Made by a program: the position numbers and the translations under genes
IMG/VR virus record: IMGVR_UViG_3300022670_000781
Location: 1 to 52,655 of that record
Direction: 5' to 3' (one strand)
From: a virus
Taxonomy: Duplodnaviria; Caudoviricetes
DNA: 52,655 nucleotides
Notes under the pieces: model-generated
Databases searched by the model: none
Told to the model about the DNA's origin: nothing
What the model saw: only the letters and a program-made list of their open reading frames with translations
Shown: positions 35,434 to 44,778 of the stretch, piece by piece
Layout of the letters: each line of letters starts with the position of its first letter
Numbering within the stretch: position 1 is the first letter of the stretch

Positions 35434-35783
35434 AAAAGCGTATACTGGTTTGCGGGGGTCGTAATTTTACAGATCGAGATTTTGTATTTGATACCCTTAC
35501 CTCTCTCACTCAATTCCTAGATCCTAAGTTTTGTTTAATACATGGGAGTGCTAGAGGGGCTGATATGTTAGCCCACCAATGGGCCTTTTTTCAGGGGTGT
35601 CCCACTATTGAGATGAAAGCGAATTGGGATGCCTATGGTAAAGCTGCAGGGTCCAAACGGAATACTTGGATGCTTGATTATTGTACCCCTGATTTAATAG
35701 TAGCCTTCAAAGGTGGGATTGGGACACGAAATATGATAAATCAAGCTTCAAAACGAGGGATTGATATTTATGAGCCGGTTTGA
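35430..35783 (+). CDS. DUF2493/YspA-like SLOG-family protein
   Basis: ILVCGGRNF, LIHGSARGAD..A..WA, AG..RN..M, VAF.GG.GT..M. Confidence 0.85.
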   Translation: MKKRILVCGGRNFTDRDFVFDTLTSLTQFLDPKFCLIHGSARGADMLAHQWAFFQGCPTIEMKANWDAYGKAAGSKRNTWMLDYCTPDLIVAFKGGIGTRNMINQASKRGIDIYEPV

Positions 35784-37905
35784 TAACGAAGGTTTATTCT
35801 GGGTAGATATTGATAACAAAACCATAAAGATGCAAACCTATCTAACTGAAAATGGCTGGCTCCCACATGGGGCTACAAAATGGTACAAAAGGATTTGGGA
35901 AACCAGAGAACAACCATTTAAAGAAATGGCTATGCTCTTAGTGGATGCATATGTCGAGGCCAGGAAACCAGTCAAACGAGAACCCCCTGAAAGAGTCTGG
36001 GAAGTAGAAGGGTTTATTCCAAGCCAAGATCTATTGGAAGAGGCTTTAAAATTTGATGTTGATTTATACACAGACTCTGAATTAATTCAAGCTTCATTAG
36101 ATGAAGTACCTTTGATATTTGATATTGAGTGTTATATAAATTACTTTTTGATTGCATTTATTTCTACAATAAATAACAAGGTTATATTTTTCGAGTTTAC
36201 CCCTGAATCAATTCTTATGGATACACCTAAGTTCAGATGGGTTATGGAAAATTTTCTTATCGTGGGGTTTAATAGTAGAAATTATGATATCCCGATTGCG
36301 GCGATCGCATTGGCTGGGTGTAGTAATAAACAACTCAAAGAAGCTACTAATTTAATAATTGGAGAACAGATGTGGGCCCACCATGTACTCCGTAGATTCA
36401 AAGCCAAAAAGTTAGAGAACATTGACCATATTGATATTATTGAAGTGGCCCCACTTAGTGCCAATCTAAAAATTTACGGGGGTAGGGTTCATACTAAAAA
36501 GATGCAAGACTTACCCTTCAGGCCTGAGATAACTTTAACCCCTGATCAAATTGCAATCTTACGTTTTTACTGTATCAACGATTTATTTACTACTCGTGAT
36601 TTATTTAATACCCTAAAAAAGCAACTAAAAATTCGTGGCACCTTAAGTATTGAACATGGCATTGACCTCCGATCAAAATCAGACGCCCAGATAGCCGAGG
36701 CGGTTATCAATGAAGAGCTTACTATTCTTAATGGACATCGAGTACATAGGCCCACTATAGAGCCAGGAACTTGGTATAACTATGACGTACCTAACTTTAT
36801 AGAATTCCAAAGCGAATTAATGGCGGATACGCTTAGTGTAATAGCCTCCACTAAATTTATAGTTGGAGATAGTGGCAATATAGGAATGCCGGAAGAACTT
36901 AAGGATATAGCCATTAACCTCGGGTATAGCACTTATACTATTGGAATTGGAGGGCTCCATAGTACCGAACATAGTATTACTCATTATTCGGATAAAAATA
37001 CTATTTTAATAGATCGAGATGTTGAATCCTATTACCCTCGTATAATTCTAAATCAAGGACTATATCCTAAACATTTGGGCCGCAATTTTCTTAAGGTTTA
37101 CGATAAGATTGTTACTACCCGACTGGCCGCGAAGAAGGCAGGTAACAAGTCAGTGGCTGATACTTTGAAGATCGTTATCAACGGGAGCTTTGGTAAGCTG
37201 GGTTCCAAATACTCAAACCTATATGCCCCTAAATTATTGATCCAAGTAACCATGACTGGACAATTAAGTTTGTTAATGTTGATAGAACGAATTGAATGGG
37301 TAGGAATACCTGTGGTATCAGCAAACACCGATGGCATTGTTATTAAGTGCCCTAGAGCCCGCGAAGATGAATTAAACAATATTGTGGCCATTTGGGAGAA
37401 AGATACCAATTTTATTACAGATGAAAATAAGTACAGTGCATTGTATTCTAAAGATGTGAACAACTATATTGCGATTAAAGAAAACGGTACAACAAAAGGC
37501 AAAGGTGCTTATTCAACGCCTGGCCTACAAAAGAATCCTACCAGTCTAATATGTGTTGATGCTGTTATTAAATTTTTAACCACAAATGTCGCTATCGAAA
37601 CTACGATTAAAGAATGCCTAGATATTACCAAATTCATAACGGTTCGAACTGTTAAAGGTGGGGCTGTAAAAGATGGGGTTTACCTTGGTAAGGCTGTCCG
37701 ATGGTACTACGCTGTTCCAACCAATTTTGATGAAGACTATTTAAACGAAATTATATACGCCAAGTCTGGAAACAAAGTACCTAAATCAGAAGGGGCCAAG
37801 CCCTTAATGGAGTTGCCGGATACTTTACCCGATGATATTGATTATGATAGGTACCTTCAAGAATCGTATTCTATTCTCGTAGATATTGGACATACTCTAG
37901 AGTAA
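35770..37905 (+). CDS. Family B DNA polymerase with 3'-5' exonuclease
   Basis: FDIECY, GFNSRNYD, YCIND; DVESYYP, KIVINGSFGK, SANTDG, DVNNY. Confidence 0.92.
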   Translation: MSRFDNEGLFWVDIDNKTIKMQTYLTENGWLPHGATKWYKRIWETREQPFKEMAMLLVDAYVEARKPVKREPPERVWEVEGFIPSQDLLEEALKFDVDLYTDSELIQASLDEVPLIFDIECYINYFLIAFISTINNKVIFFEFTPESILMDTPKFRWVMENFLIVGFNSRNYDIPIAAIALAGCSNKQLKEATNLIIGEQMWAHHVLRRFKAKKLENIDHIDIIEVAPLSANLKIYGGRVHTKKMQDLPFRPEITLTPDQIAILRFYCINDLFTTRDLFNTLKKQLKIRGTLSIEHGIDLRSKSDAQIAEAVINEELTILNGHRVHRPTIEPGTWYNYDVPNFIEFQSELMADTLSVIASTKFIVGDSGNIGMPEELKDIAINLGYSTYTIGIGGLHSTEHSITHYSDKNTILIDRDVESYYPRIILNQGLYPKHLGRNFLKVYDKIVTTRLAAKKAGNKSVADTLKIVINGSFGKLGSKYSNLYAPKLLIQVTMTGQLSLLMLIERIEWVGIPVVSANTDGIVIKCPRAREDELNNIVAIWEKDTNFITDENKYSALYSKDVNNYIAIKENGTTKGKGAYSTPGLQKNPTSLICVDAVIKFLTTNVAIETTIKECLDITKFITVRTVKGGAVKDGVYLGKAVRWYYAVPTNFDEDYLNEIIYAKSGNKVPKSEGAKPLMELPDTLPDDIDYDRYLQESYSILVDIGHTLE

Positions 37906-37908
37906 TCG

Positions 37909-37975
37909 TTGACTAAGTTGAGTAATGATCATATAATATATTTATCGAATCGGAACAAACAAGGGGTACAGCATC
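37909..37975 (+). promoter_or_regulatory. Sigma70-like promoter plus conserved leader
   Basis: TTGACT-N17-TATAAT, then ATCGAATCGGAACAAACAAGGGG. Confidence 0.75.
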
Positions 37976-38233
37976 ATGGCTAAATTCATTAAAACTGGTA
38001 AGAATGAGATTACATTAATATCTAATGGCTCTCATAAAGACGGTTTAAAAGTGGCTCAATGGGCTAGGAATTTAATAGAAAAGGCCGATGCTATAATCTT
38101 CGAAGATACAGCAAGTAGCTATAAATTATCGGCCCCACATTTGAAAGATGTTTATTTTCTGAATAACGTGGTTTTAAAATTCTCAGATTACTATTTCACT
38201 GACATTAACTTCTGGTTGAAAAATTGCAAGTAG
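37976..38233 (+). CDS. Small early hypothetical protein
   Basis: Has its own promoter and leader; followed by the hairpin GCCCC-GAAA-GGGGT. Confidence 0.7.
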   Translation: MAKFIKTGKNEITLISNGSHKDGLKVAQWARNLIEKADAIIFEDTASSYKLSAPHLKDVYFLNNVVLKFSDYYFTDINFWLKNCK

Positions 38234-38290
38234 CCAATAATACAGCCCCGAAAGGGGTATTCCCCTCAACCAAACCAAAGGATAATCAAA

Positions 38291-38503
38291 ATGCCCTCAA
38301 ATAAAAAATACGCTGGTCAAGTAGTAATGCTTTTTATTTTAATTGTACTAATGTTTTTATTAGTAATTTTAGAAGGAGGTGTAGTTGATGATCAGGATAC
38401 AAAATATTGTGATATGGTTAAGCTTCACAAGGATTCGGGTAATGATTCGAATATTGGATGGGCTGATTATAAAAATACTTATGATCAGGAATGCCAAGAT
38501 TAA
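38291..38503 (+). CDS. Small membrane protein
   Basis: One TM helix, then a YCDMV...GW.DY...Y..EC motif; AAGGA RBS. Confidence 0.7.
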   Translation: MPSNKKYAGQVVMLFILIVLMFLLVILEGGVVDDQDTKYCDMVKLHKDSGNDSNIGWADYKNTYDQECQD

Positions 38504-38511
38504 TCTCTTGG

Positions 38512-38805
38512 CTATAGTTTATCAATTTTTTTATTTGCCAGTTTAAGAATAAGAGCTCTCATAGATCCTACCCCGATAAGGCCAATTAACCCACCAAAAG
38601 AAATTACCCATTCTTGGGGCCAGTCAAGAGCTCCTACCGCACTAGATACCGTAAAGCTTATGCCAACACAAAGAGCCCCCTCGAGGGCTATTCTTAACCA
38701 ACTGGTTTCAGAGCGATCATATATAACCCTTAAAACAGCAAGGGTTCCAGCCAGTATGGCCCCTAATATTTGAGGTGGGGTATCACCTATTATTTTGAAC
38801 GGCAT
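38512..38805 (-). CDS. Holin, lambda family
   Basis: LAVLRVIYD...W.R.ALEGALC...FGGLIGLIGV..MR; three hydrophobic segments and a basic C-terminus. Confidence 0.8.
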   Translation of the reverse strand: MPFKIIGDTPPQILGAILAGTLAVLRVIYDRSETSWLRIALEGALCVGISFTVSSAVGALDWPQEWVISFGGLIGLIGVGSMRALILKLANKKIDKL

Positions 38806-38835
38806 CGTTTTTTAGCTCGTCGTTGTTTATAAGCT

Positions 38836-39363
38836 TTAAGTACTACTTTTAAAATAATGAGTGCTATAATGGTTAACCATAGGATTTGCTGAAAGTAGTC
38901 TGAAAAATCCATTCTCAATTAACCCACTAGTAATGATAAGGAGCTGGCCTACCCACAACACCCACATTGTTGAGGTAACAAATATTTCTGGATTAAACCC
39001 TAGAGCTTCAATGCTTAACCCTATCATGTTGACACCCACCGCCATCAAGGCAATTACCATAACAGCAAAAGATATACGACATTTAATTCTTGATAAACAC
39101 AATACTGCAACAAGATCAAATAAAGATATGTACACATAAAACCCTAGCATATCCACAATAGCTTGATAACCAACCTGCCAAAATTCCATTCCTACACTAA
39201 GTACATACACTCCTAATATAATTTTTAATACTGATCTGCGTTCAGAACTCTGACTAAAATACATTGCAATAATAACTACGGTTAGCGCAATTATATCTAA
39301 TGTATATGCAAATAATATTGATGGATCCAACGAAGAAAACATACCGAATATATAGTTTATCAT
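38836..39363 (-). CDS. Multi-pass membrane protein in the lysis region
   Basis: About five hydrophobic segments. Confidence 0.65.
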   Translation of the reverse strand: MINYIFGMFSSLDPSILFAYTLDIIALTVVIIAMYFSQSSERRSVLKIILGVYVLSVGMEFWQVGYQAIVDMLGFYVYISLFDLVAVLCLSRIKCRISFAVMVIALMAVGVNMIGLSIEALGFNPEIFVTSTMWVLWVGQLLIITSGLIENGFFRLLSANPMVNHYSTHYFKSST

Positions 39364-39461
39364 TTGCGAACCTGCGGAGTTTGAATTGGAGGTGAAATCG
39401 GCGGTGGTTGTTCTGGTTTAGGAATAATTATTTTAGGTTTAAATCTATTTGGAGTAGGCAT
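39360..39461 (-). CDS. 33-aa proline-rich peptide
   Basis: MPTPNRFKPKIIIPKPEQPPPISPPIQTPQVRK; fills the gap exactly with an ATGA overlap. Confidence 0.5.
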   Translation of the reverse strand: MPTPNRFKPKIIIPKPEQPPPISPPIQTPQVRK

Positions 39462-39464
39462 GAA

Positions 39465-39707
39465 TTATTTCTCTCTGCTACGGATTACGTCAACTAGCCC
39501 ATTATGGGGTATAGCGCATTTGAAATATTGGTTGGCCCACTGCTCTGTTAATAGAAGCCAGTCTTTACCTGTTAAGCCTTCAGGGCTCGGTAGCACCATC
39601 GGGCATTTCACTAACAAGATTTCTTGCGTTATTTGAGGCGTAACTTTCGATGACCCGCAAGCCGTCATCATCAATACAGCTATTACTATAAACAGGACGC
39701 GTGACAT
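39465..39707 (-). CDS. o-spanin (Rz1-like lipoprotein)
   Basis: Lipobox MMTAC; LLVKCP...YFKCAIPHNGLV; overlaps the i-spanin. Confidence 0.8.
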   Translation of the reverse strand: MSRVLFIVIAVLMMTACGSSKVTPQITQEILLVKCPMVLPSPEGLTGKDWLLLTEQWANQYFKCAIPHNGLVDVIRSREK

Positions 39708-39921
39708 ATTTAGTTCGCCATTTGGTAATTATTTCAACCTTATTATCCCTTACCTGTAATTGGTCGGCAACTGTTTTGGCTATCTCGCTTTCGCGGGCTT
39801 TAAACACTTCCATCTGTTCAACAGCTTTTAGATCGATACCGTCCTGTATCATGCTGCGAGTTTTATAACCACCCCCGAATATCATCCCTGCCGCTATCAC
39901 TGCTACACCTAATTGGATCAT
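39580..39921 (-). CDS. i-spanin (Rz-like)
   Basis: N-terminal TM, coiled coil, RPVY...CIDDDGLR. Confidence 0.8.
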   Translation of the reverse strand: MIQLGVAVIAAGMIFGGGYKTRSMIQDGIDLKAVEQMEVFKARESEIAKTVADQLQVRDNKVEIITKWRTKYVTRPVYSNSCIDDDGLRVIESYASNNARNLVSEMPDGATEP

Positions 39922-40118
39922 TTCTTATTACCACTATTAACATAGAACCCGAACCATACTGCGGACGCACCCCAAACAACAGCGACGAACGCAGACTGTT
40001 CAGTGGTGGGATCGGGTAGTTTCATAAACCATTGTGAAGACTGATACCACAAAATAAGATATAGTCCGAATGCCAGTCTGGGAATAACTCTCCAATTATT
40101 TATAGTTTCAGCCCACAT
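39918..40118 (-). CDS. Two-TM holin-like protein
   Basis: WRVIPRL...WFM.LPDPT.EQSAFV...FGFY; lies between the putative endolysin and the spanins. Confidence 0.6.
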   Translation of the reverse strand: MWAETINNWRVIPRLAFGLYLILWYQSSQWFMKLPDPTTEQSAFVAVVWGASAVWFGFYVNSGNKK

Positions 40119-40567
40119 TATCGGTCTCCATCAATAAATTCAATGGTTAAGTTTCCAGCTAAAGCCGCCCCGATAACCTTTTTGTAAAACCGTTTATAGG
40201 CCTTTGTGGACGAACCAATGGATAAAGGATCTCCCATTATAGGGGTTGTACCTACTAGATAACATCCCTCGGTATTGCGTATGTAGTTGCCGATATGAAT
40301 TAAGATGTATTCAAATTCAGGAACATCTTTAATCCAAAGCATCCCTTGATGGAACGATGGAAACTTATCAGAGTATCGCTTATGGAAACCGCCCACAGTA
40401 CGTACTTCAATTTTGTAAACAATACCTGCAGGAATACGAGTTTCTTTTTTAACCTTAACATCGCGGTGACCATCTTCCAAGCCACAACACTCAACAACAT
40501 CATCAATTAAACAAGTAGACAAAGTTGAATTTAATGTAGATTTATGTCGCCATACTTTTATGTGCAT
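40118..40567 (-). CDS. DUF5675-family protein, putative endolysin
   Basis: LED...KETRIPAG.Y...VP.FEYILIH.GN...TEGC.LVG; heads the lysis cassette. Confidence 0.75.
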   Translation of the reverse strand: MHIKVWRHKSTLNSTLSTCLIDDVVECCGLEDGHRDVKVKKETRIPAGIVYKIEVRTVGGFHKRYSDKFPSFHQGMLWIKDVPEFEYILIHIGNYIRNTEGCYLVGTTPIMGDPLSIGSSTKAYKRFYKKVIGAALAGNLTIEFIDGDR

Positions 40568-40608
40568 TTTGGGTACCTTCTATATACCAAGAACAGGGTT
40601 TGAACCGC

Positions 40609-41064
40609 TTAAGCTACAAGTTCAAGCGGCAGTAATTTACCAGCGGCTTCTTCAACGCTAATGATACCATCGGTGTTGACGTCCAGTGCCTTTAGCGCTT
40701 CTGTGGCATCGAGCAAAACTTGGATCTTGGCGTTTACCTCAGTAAGATCCAACCCTTTTCTGGTGAGTTCTTTCAATTCACCATTTTCGATAACTGCTAA
40801 TGCTGCGTCACGGTTAGCGCGAACACGGGCTAGGCTAATGTCACGGCCTAGAGCCACATTAACTGAAACCTTTTGCGGGTTGTTAGTCTTATCATGCACC
40901 CACGCATTGCGGAAAGCGCGGTCGGCTGGGATATCTGTTTCGTCCACAATCTCATAAGCCAGACCAGCGGGAACGTCTTTCACCAAACGATCTAGTGAGA
41001 TACCCTTAGCTGGGATGAGGATGCCGATTGAACCGTCTGTGTTTGTAAAGATTATTCTGTTCAT
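40609..41064 (-). CDS. Tail-fibre assembly/chaperone-like protein
   Basis: RIIF...G...ILIP...KDVP.G..Y.IVD..DIP.DR.FRNAW motif; follows the fibre genes. Confidence 0.65.
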   Translation of the reverse strand: MNRIIFTNTDGSIGILIPAKGISLDRLVKDVPAGLAYEIVDETDIPADRAFRNAWVHDKTNNPQKVSVNVALGRDISLARVRANRDAALAVIENGELKELTRKGLDLTEVNAKIQVLLDATEALKALDVNTDGIISVEEAAGKLLPLELVA

Positions 41065-41099
41065 TTTGATTACCTATTTAGGTTGAAAGATTTGATCAA

Positions 41100-41459
41100 C
41101 TAGTCCGAGAATGCAAGCACCTGTATATCAGCGCCGTCATAATTGGCCCCTAGAGTGGCGCTGATCGACTTGCTGATAACTGTTATCTGAGACGTGGTAT
41201 TCATTTTTGCCTCTACGATATACGAGGTTGTGCCCAAGGGGCTGGCGAATTGACCGCCCACCACTGCTGAACCGATAGTTATGGGAGTCGTTAAATTGAC
41301 GCTGTAATCACCTAATCCATTATCTGTTAACGAGCTAACATTAAAACTTTCAGTTATGGATATTGTGAAAGTTCCATTAAAGTTCACCCACGCCTTAGCA
41401 GCCCCGATGTTTACATCTTTGGAGTTGAAGTTATCATCTCCGCTTATTGTACTAGGCAT
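41100..41459 (-). CDS. Short tail-fibre module paralog 3
   Basis: AKAWVNFNG...SFNVSSLTDNGLGDYSVN. Confidence 0.7.
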   Translation of the reverse strand: MPSTISGDDNFNSKDVNIGAAKAWVNFNGTFTISITESFNVSSLTDNGLGDYSVNLTTPITIGSAVVGGQFASPLGTTSYIVEAKMNTTSQITVISKSISATLGANYDGADIQVLAFSD

Positions 41460-41875
41460 TAGGAAAATCCTCCAAATATTATAATATCGTTACGCCTAAA
41501 GTCTATAGTAGCACTACCCGCTGAATCCTGACCACCCGTGTTTAAAATGAATGAAGCGACTAATTTTTCGTTTTGTATGACATGTCTTATTCTAGCCGAA
41601 GCAGGTGTTGAAAAATTAGCAGCAATATCACTGTCTGGATCACCCCCTGAAGATATGACGTAATTAACATTGTCCATGTTTTGTGTGAAATTAACTTGCT
41701 GTCGGCCTACACCTAAATCAGTCAATGAGCTAACATTTTCACTGTCTTGTATGGTTATAGTGCCAGTCCCTGTAAAGCTCACCCAAGCCGTAGCAATCCT
41801 GCGACTAAGCACATTCAAGTCTGTCTCTTTGCCGGACGTTTTACCTCTTAGGGTATCTGTTACTATTGCACTCAT
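41459..41875 (-). CDS. Short tail-fibre module paralog 2
   Basis: ATAWVSFTG...SENVSSLTDLGVG..VNFT; start MSAIVTD with a GGAGG RBS. Confidence 0.7.
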   Translation of the reverse strand: MSAIVTDTLRGKTSGKETDLNVLSRRIATAWVSFTGTGTITIQDSENVSSLTDLGVGRQQVNFTQNMDNVNYVISSGGDPDSDIAANFSTPASARIRHVIQNEKLVASFILNTGGQDSAGSATIDFRRNDIIIFGGFS

Positions 41876-42240
41876 GGGTTGATACCTCCGAAGACTTGCG
41901 CACAAAATATATTAGGATCAACGAAAAGAGTCTGATCACCTGTAAGACATTCTACAGATAGAGAACCAACGAGCAATGGGTTTGCAATTTCTGCCAATCT
42001 AGTATCAGCAGACCCAGCAACTCTATGACCTTCCATAACTGCTGAATAATCGGTGTTATCCATATTCACAGTAAAATTGATTGTAAATTTACCTACACCA
42101 ATATCAATGACAGAACTAACATTCTCGCTATCGCGGATAGAAGGTGCGCCAATTCCATTAAAATTCACCCAAGCCGTACAAGGTGCAAAGGTTCTTGACC
42201 CATCCCCGCTTTTCCATTCGTCTACTTTTATTAAACTCAT
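41872..42240 (-). CDS. Short tail-fibre module paralog 1
   Basis: CTAWVNFNG...SENVSSVIDIGVGKFTINFT; start MSLIKVD. Confidence 0.7.
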   Translation of the reverse strand: MSLIKVDEWKSGDGSRTFAPCTAWVNFNGIGAPSIRDSENVSSVIDIGVGKFTINFTVNMDNTDYSAVMEGHRVAGSADTRLAEIANPLLVGSLSVECLTGDQTLFVDPNIFCAQVFGGINP

Positions 42241-42241
42241 A

Positions 42242-42853
42242 TTAAACCACCGTCCAAACAGCGCCATTAGGTATGGTCACTGTTATGCCATTATCAATTG
42301 TTATAGGGCCAGCTGTCATAGCGTTGGTGCCAGCACTAAGCTCATAATCCACCGTGACGTTTTGGTCGTTCTCGTAGAACACTTTATCTGAACCACCACC
42401 AACTGCACCGCCGCCTGCGGGAAGAAGTTTGAAATGATTAGCCCCGAAATCGAATCTAAAACTGACATAATCTCCGAGCGGTAATTCACCACCCGTAAAA
42501 ACAGTTCCTGCAGAAGTACGCAGATCCTTTAACCCAGCAGCACCCACATTGACCGTAGAGGCTGCTGTATTCGCATTACCCACAACAAACGATATCTCTT
42601 GTCCGTCAAAATAAACAGGAGGAGACTTCTTTGAACCTATTGTGGATAACACATATGCATCAGCTATACCTGAGTCGGTAAAAAATGAACCCCCTGCAGC
42701 ATAAACACTCATTGCCTTACTTAATTGAAACAAGTCTGCTGCAGTTAGGGTTTGGCCGGTATCTGTTATTGAGTTTTCTAGTTCGCCAGGAATGTCATTA
42801 AACTCATCAGCGCTGAGCGAATCTCCTGTATTTTTTGTTACGATATCTCTCAT
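42242..42853 (-). CDS. Proximal tail fibre / fibre adaptor
   Basis: Follows the gp48-like gene; LSADEFN....ELEN.I...GQTL anchor; C-terminal VFYENDQ...NAMTAGPITI...VTIP.G..WTVV. Confidence 0.75.
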   Translation of the reverse strand: MRDIVTKNTGDSLSADEFNDIPGELENSITDTGQTLTAADLFQLSKAMSVYAAGGSFFTDSGIADAYVLSTIGSKKSPPVYFDGQEISFVVGNANTAASTVNVGAAGLKDLRTSAGTVFTGGELPLGDYVSFRFDFGANHFKLLPAGGGAVGGGSDKVFYENDQNVTVDYELSAGTNAMTAGPITIDNGITVTIPNGAVWTVV

Positions 42854-42863
42854 CTTATAGTCC

Positions 42864-43469
42864 TTAAACTCGACGGAAAATTAAGTCAACATTTGCTGGC
42901 TTTAGTTTATTAAAAAGACATTCCAATATGCCAATATTACTGCTACCAAAGGGAATTGGAAACGTTAATGGAAATTTATTTGAACCTTCTAATTGAAAAC
43001 TGACTATTAATGTGAATCTAGCTGTCTTTGGATTAGGGAAAAATATTAGGGGAAACACTAACGGGAACACCCCTGATACTGAACCAGCGTCTATAGTTAC
43101 AACAACACCAAATAAAGCAGCAAGGGCTATAAAGTCGGCTTCGGTTTGAATACCAAGTGCCGTTAGTTTAGTTAAAACATTTTTACGCCGCTGTTCTATT
43201 GTTCCAGATGTATCAAAACAACTATCTGGTATACCTACAAACCCTTCCCACTCCTTAATAAATAATTCAGTGAAACGAATATCATACTCTGACGAAACTA
43301 AGTTAATCTGCTCTTCACCATCAACCAGTAACCCACTAAGGCCTTCGATTAATTTCCTTAACTTAGTCCCAAGTAATTTTTTACCGATAAACAAATCTCC
43401 ATTGGGCAAGTAATCAGCCAATGAATCTGCTTGTTCCGTTAATGTATGTTTCGTCAGTAATTTAGGCAT
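42864..43469 (-). CDS. Mu gp48-like baseplate protein (DUF2313)
   Basis: LADYLPNG, EWE..VGIPD.C, EQRR, LECLFNKLKPAN. Confidence 0.85.
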   Translation of the reverse strand: MPKLLTKHTLTEQADSLADYLPNGDLFIGKKLLGTKLRKLIEGLSGLLVDGEEQINLVSSEYDIRFTELFIKEWEGFVGIPDSCFDTSGTIEQRRKNVLTKLTALGIQTEADFIALAALFGVVVTIDAGSVSGVFPLVFPLIFFPNPKTARFTLIVSFQLEGSNKFPLTFPIPFGSSNIGILECLFNKLKPANVDLIFRRV

Positions 43470-43470
43470 A

Positions 43471-44778
43471 TTAGTTAAAAGTAATAGTTCCTAAGGTTGC
43501 TATTTCCCCAGCTGCAATAGTGATATCCGCGGTAGGGGTTGTTAAAGAAAATGATTGAAGTCTATCACCAGTTTCGCGATCTGTGGTTTGAAAGATTGCT
43601 GATCGGTATGAATCTTCTGTCACATCAACTCCGAGTTCAGTTATTTTAAACACTTCATTCAAACTGGTAGTAATAGCATCCTGCATTGTTGGTGTACTTG
43701 GGTTTATAGCTGAAAATGTAAAGTCCACAGATACCTCAGTTGGGGCCAAAACAATTACATCATCATCTGCGGTATTTGCAGGTTTAATTTCAAGTATCTT
43801 ATCCTTGGTCGTAGCTACTTCCCCTGCAGATGGAATAATATTTGCATCGTTATCCCTGACAAAATAGATGGTAACCTGTCCTACATCAGGAGTTATTTCA
43901 AATACAAATACCCGAGTAACTCCGGCCACTTCTTTGGCTTTATTGGTAATCGCCGGTATATTAAATAAGGCTACCGGATTTTGAACCCTATCTATAACCC
44001 TAGTTCTAAAATCGGGGTCGTCTTCAATATTGGTACCGCCTGATATTTCTGAGAAGTCAACAGTAGTATTTGAATCAACTCCGGCAACTGGGGAAACAAA
44101 AGTAATGGTTGTCCCAGCCAACTGGTTAACAGATTGCCCGAAGTCAATTGATTTAAGTGAAATATTAGCAGTTGTAAAAGCCGCCATTATAGTTCCGGTA
44201 GCGGGGGTTACTGGGGTTCCGACAATATCATATGTAAAGGTGGTGAGCCCTGTAACTGTAACTGCAAAGGTACCATTGTATTCAGACTGGTCGGCCCCTG
44301 AAATTGTTACATCAATTAAAGAAGCTAGGTTATGTGCATTGGTTGAGGTTACAGTAACCAAACTACCACTTCGGGTTATACTAGCGATAGTAATTAAAAC
44401 ATCAGTTATAACTGCTTGGGCCGTTGACTCATATTGGAGTCCATCCGAGGACTGAAACAAAGTAGCACTAGGAATGATACTACTAGCTGTTCCTGTGGCC
44501 ACAACAGTACCTGTCGCTGAGGTCGCTGATATTCGGGTTATCCCAAACCATTCACCAAACATAACCAAAAACTCACCGGTTGCAGTTTGAACAAATAGTT
44601 GTTTTATGAGCTCTTGTAACTGGGTATAAAAATCAAAAACCCTTAACGAATACCCAGTAATAATCGCCCCTAAAAATGAATTTTTTAAGAAGGGGTTGGA
44701 TTCAGAGAGCTCCCGCTGGACATCTGTTTTAGCCCGTTGCTCAATTTCTTTTGGCTTTGATGGAAATTCAATGGTCAT
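43471..44778 (-). CDS. Baseplate J-like wedge protein (Mu gp47) with an inserted beta domain
   Basis: QLF.QTATGE.L, GG...EDD..FR.RV, GVTRVFV, G.VTIYF; start MTIEFP. Confidence 0.88.
   Translation of the reverse strand: MTIEFPSKPKEIEQRAKTDVQRELSESNPFLKNSFLGAIITGYSLRVFDFYTQLQELIKQLFVQTATGEFLVMFGEWFGITRISATSATGTVVATGTASSIIPSATLFQSSDGLQYESTAQAVITDVLITIASITRSGSLVTVTSTNAHNLASLIDVTISGADQSEYNGTFAVTVTGLTTFTYDIVGTPVTPATGTIMAAFTTANISLKSIDFGQSVNQLAGTTITFVSPVAGVDSNTTVDFSEISGGTNIEDDPDFRTRVIDRVQNPVALFNIPAITNKAKEVAGVTRVFVFEITPDVGQVTIYFVRDNDANIIPSAGEVATTKDKILEIKPANTADDDVIVLAPTEVSVDFTFSAINPSTPTMQDAITTSLNEVFKITELGVDVTEDSYRSAIFQTTDRETGDRLQSFSLTTPTADITIAAGEIATLGTITFN

Noticed and set aside
41100-42240. Diversity-generating retroelement or invertible fibre cassette
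   Set aside because: No reverse transcriptase, invertase, near-identical template/variable repeat pair or flanking inverted sites. The similarity is at the level of old protein paralogs.
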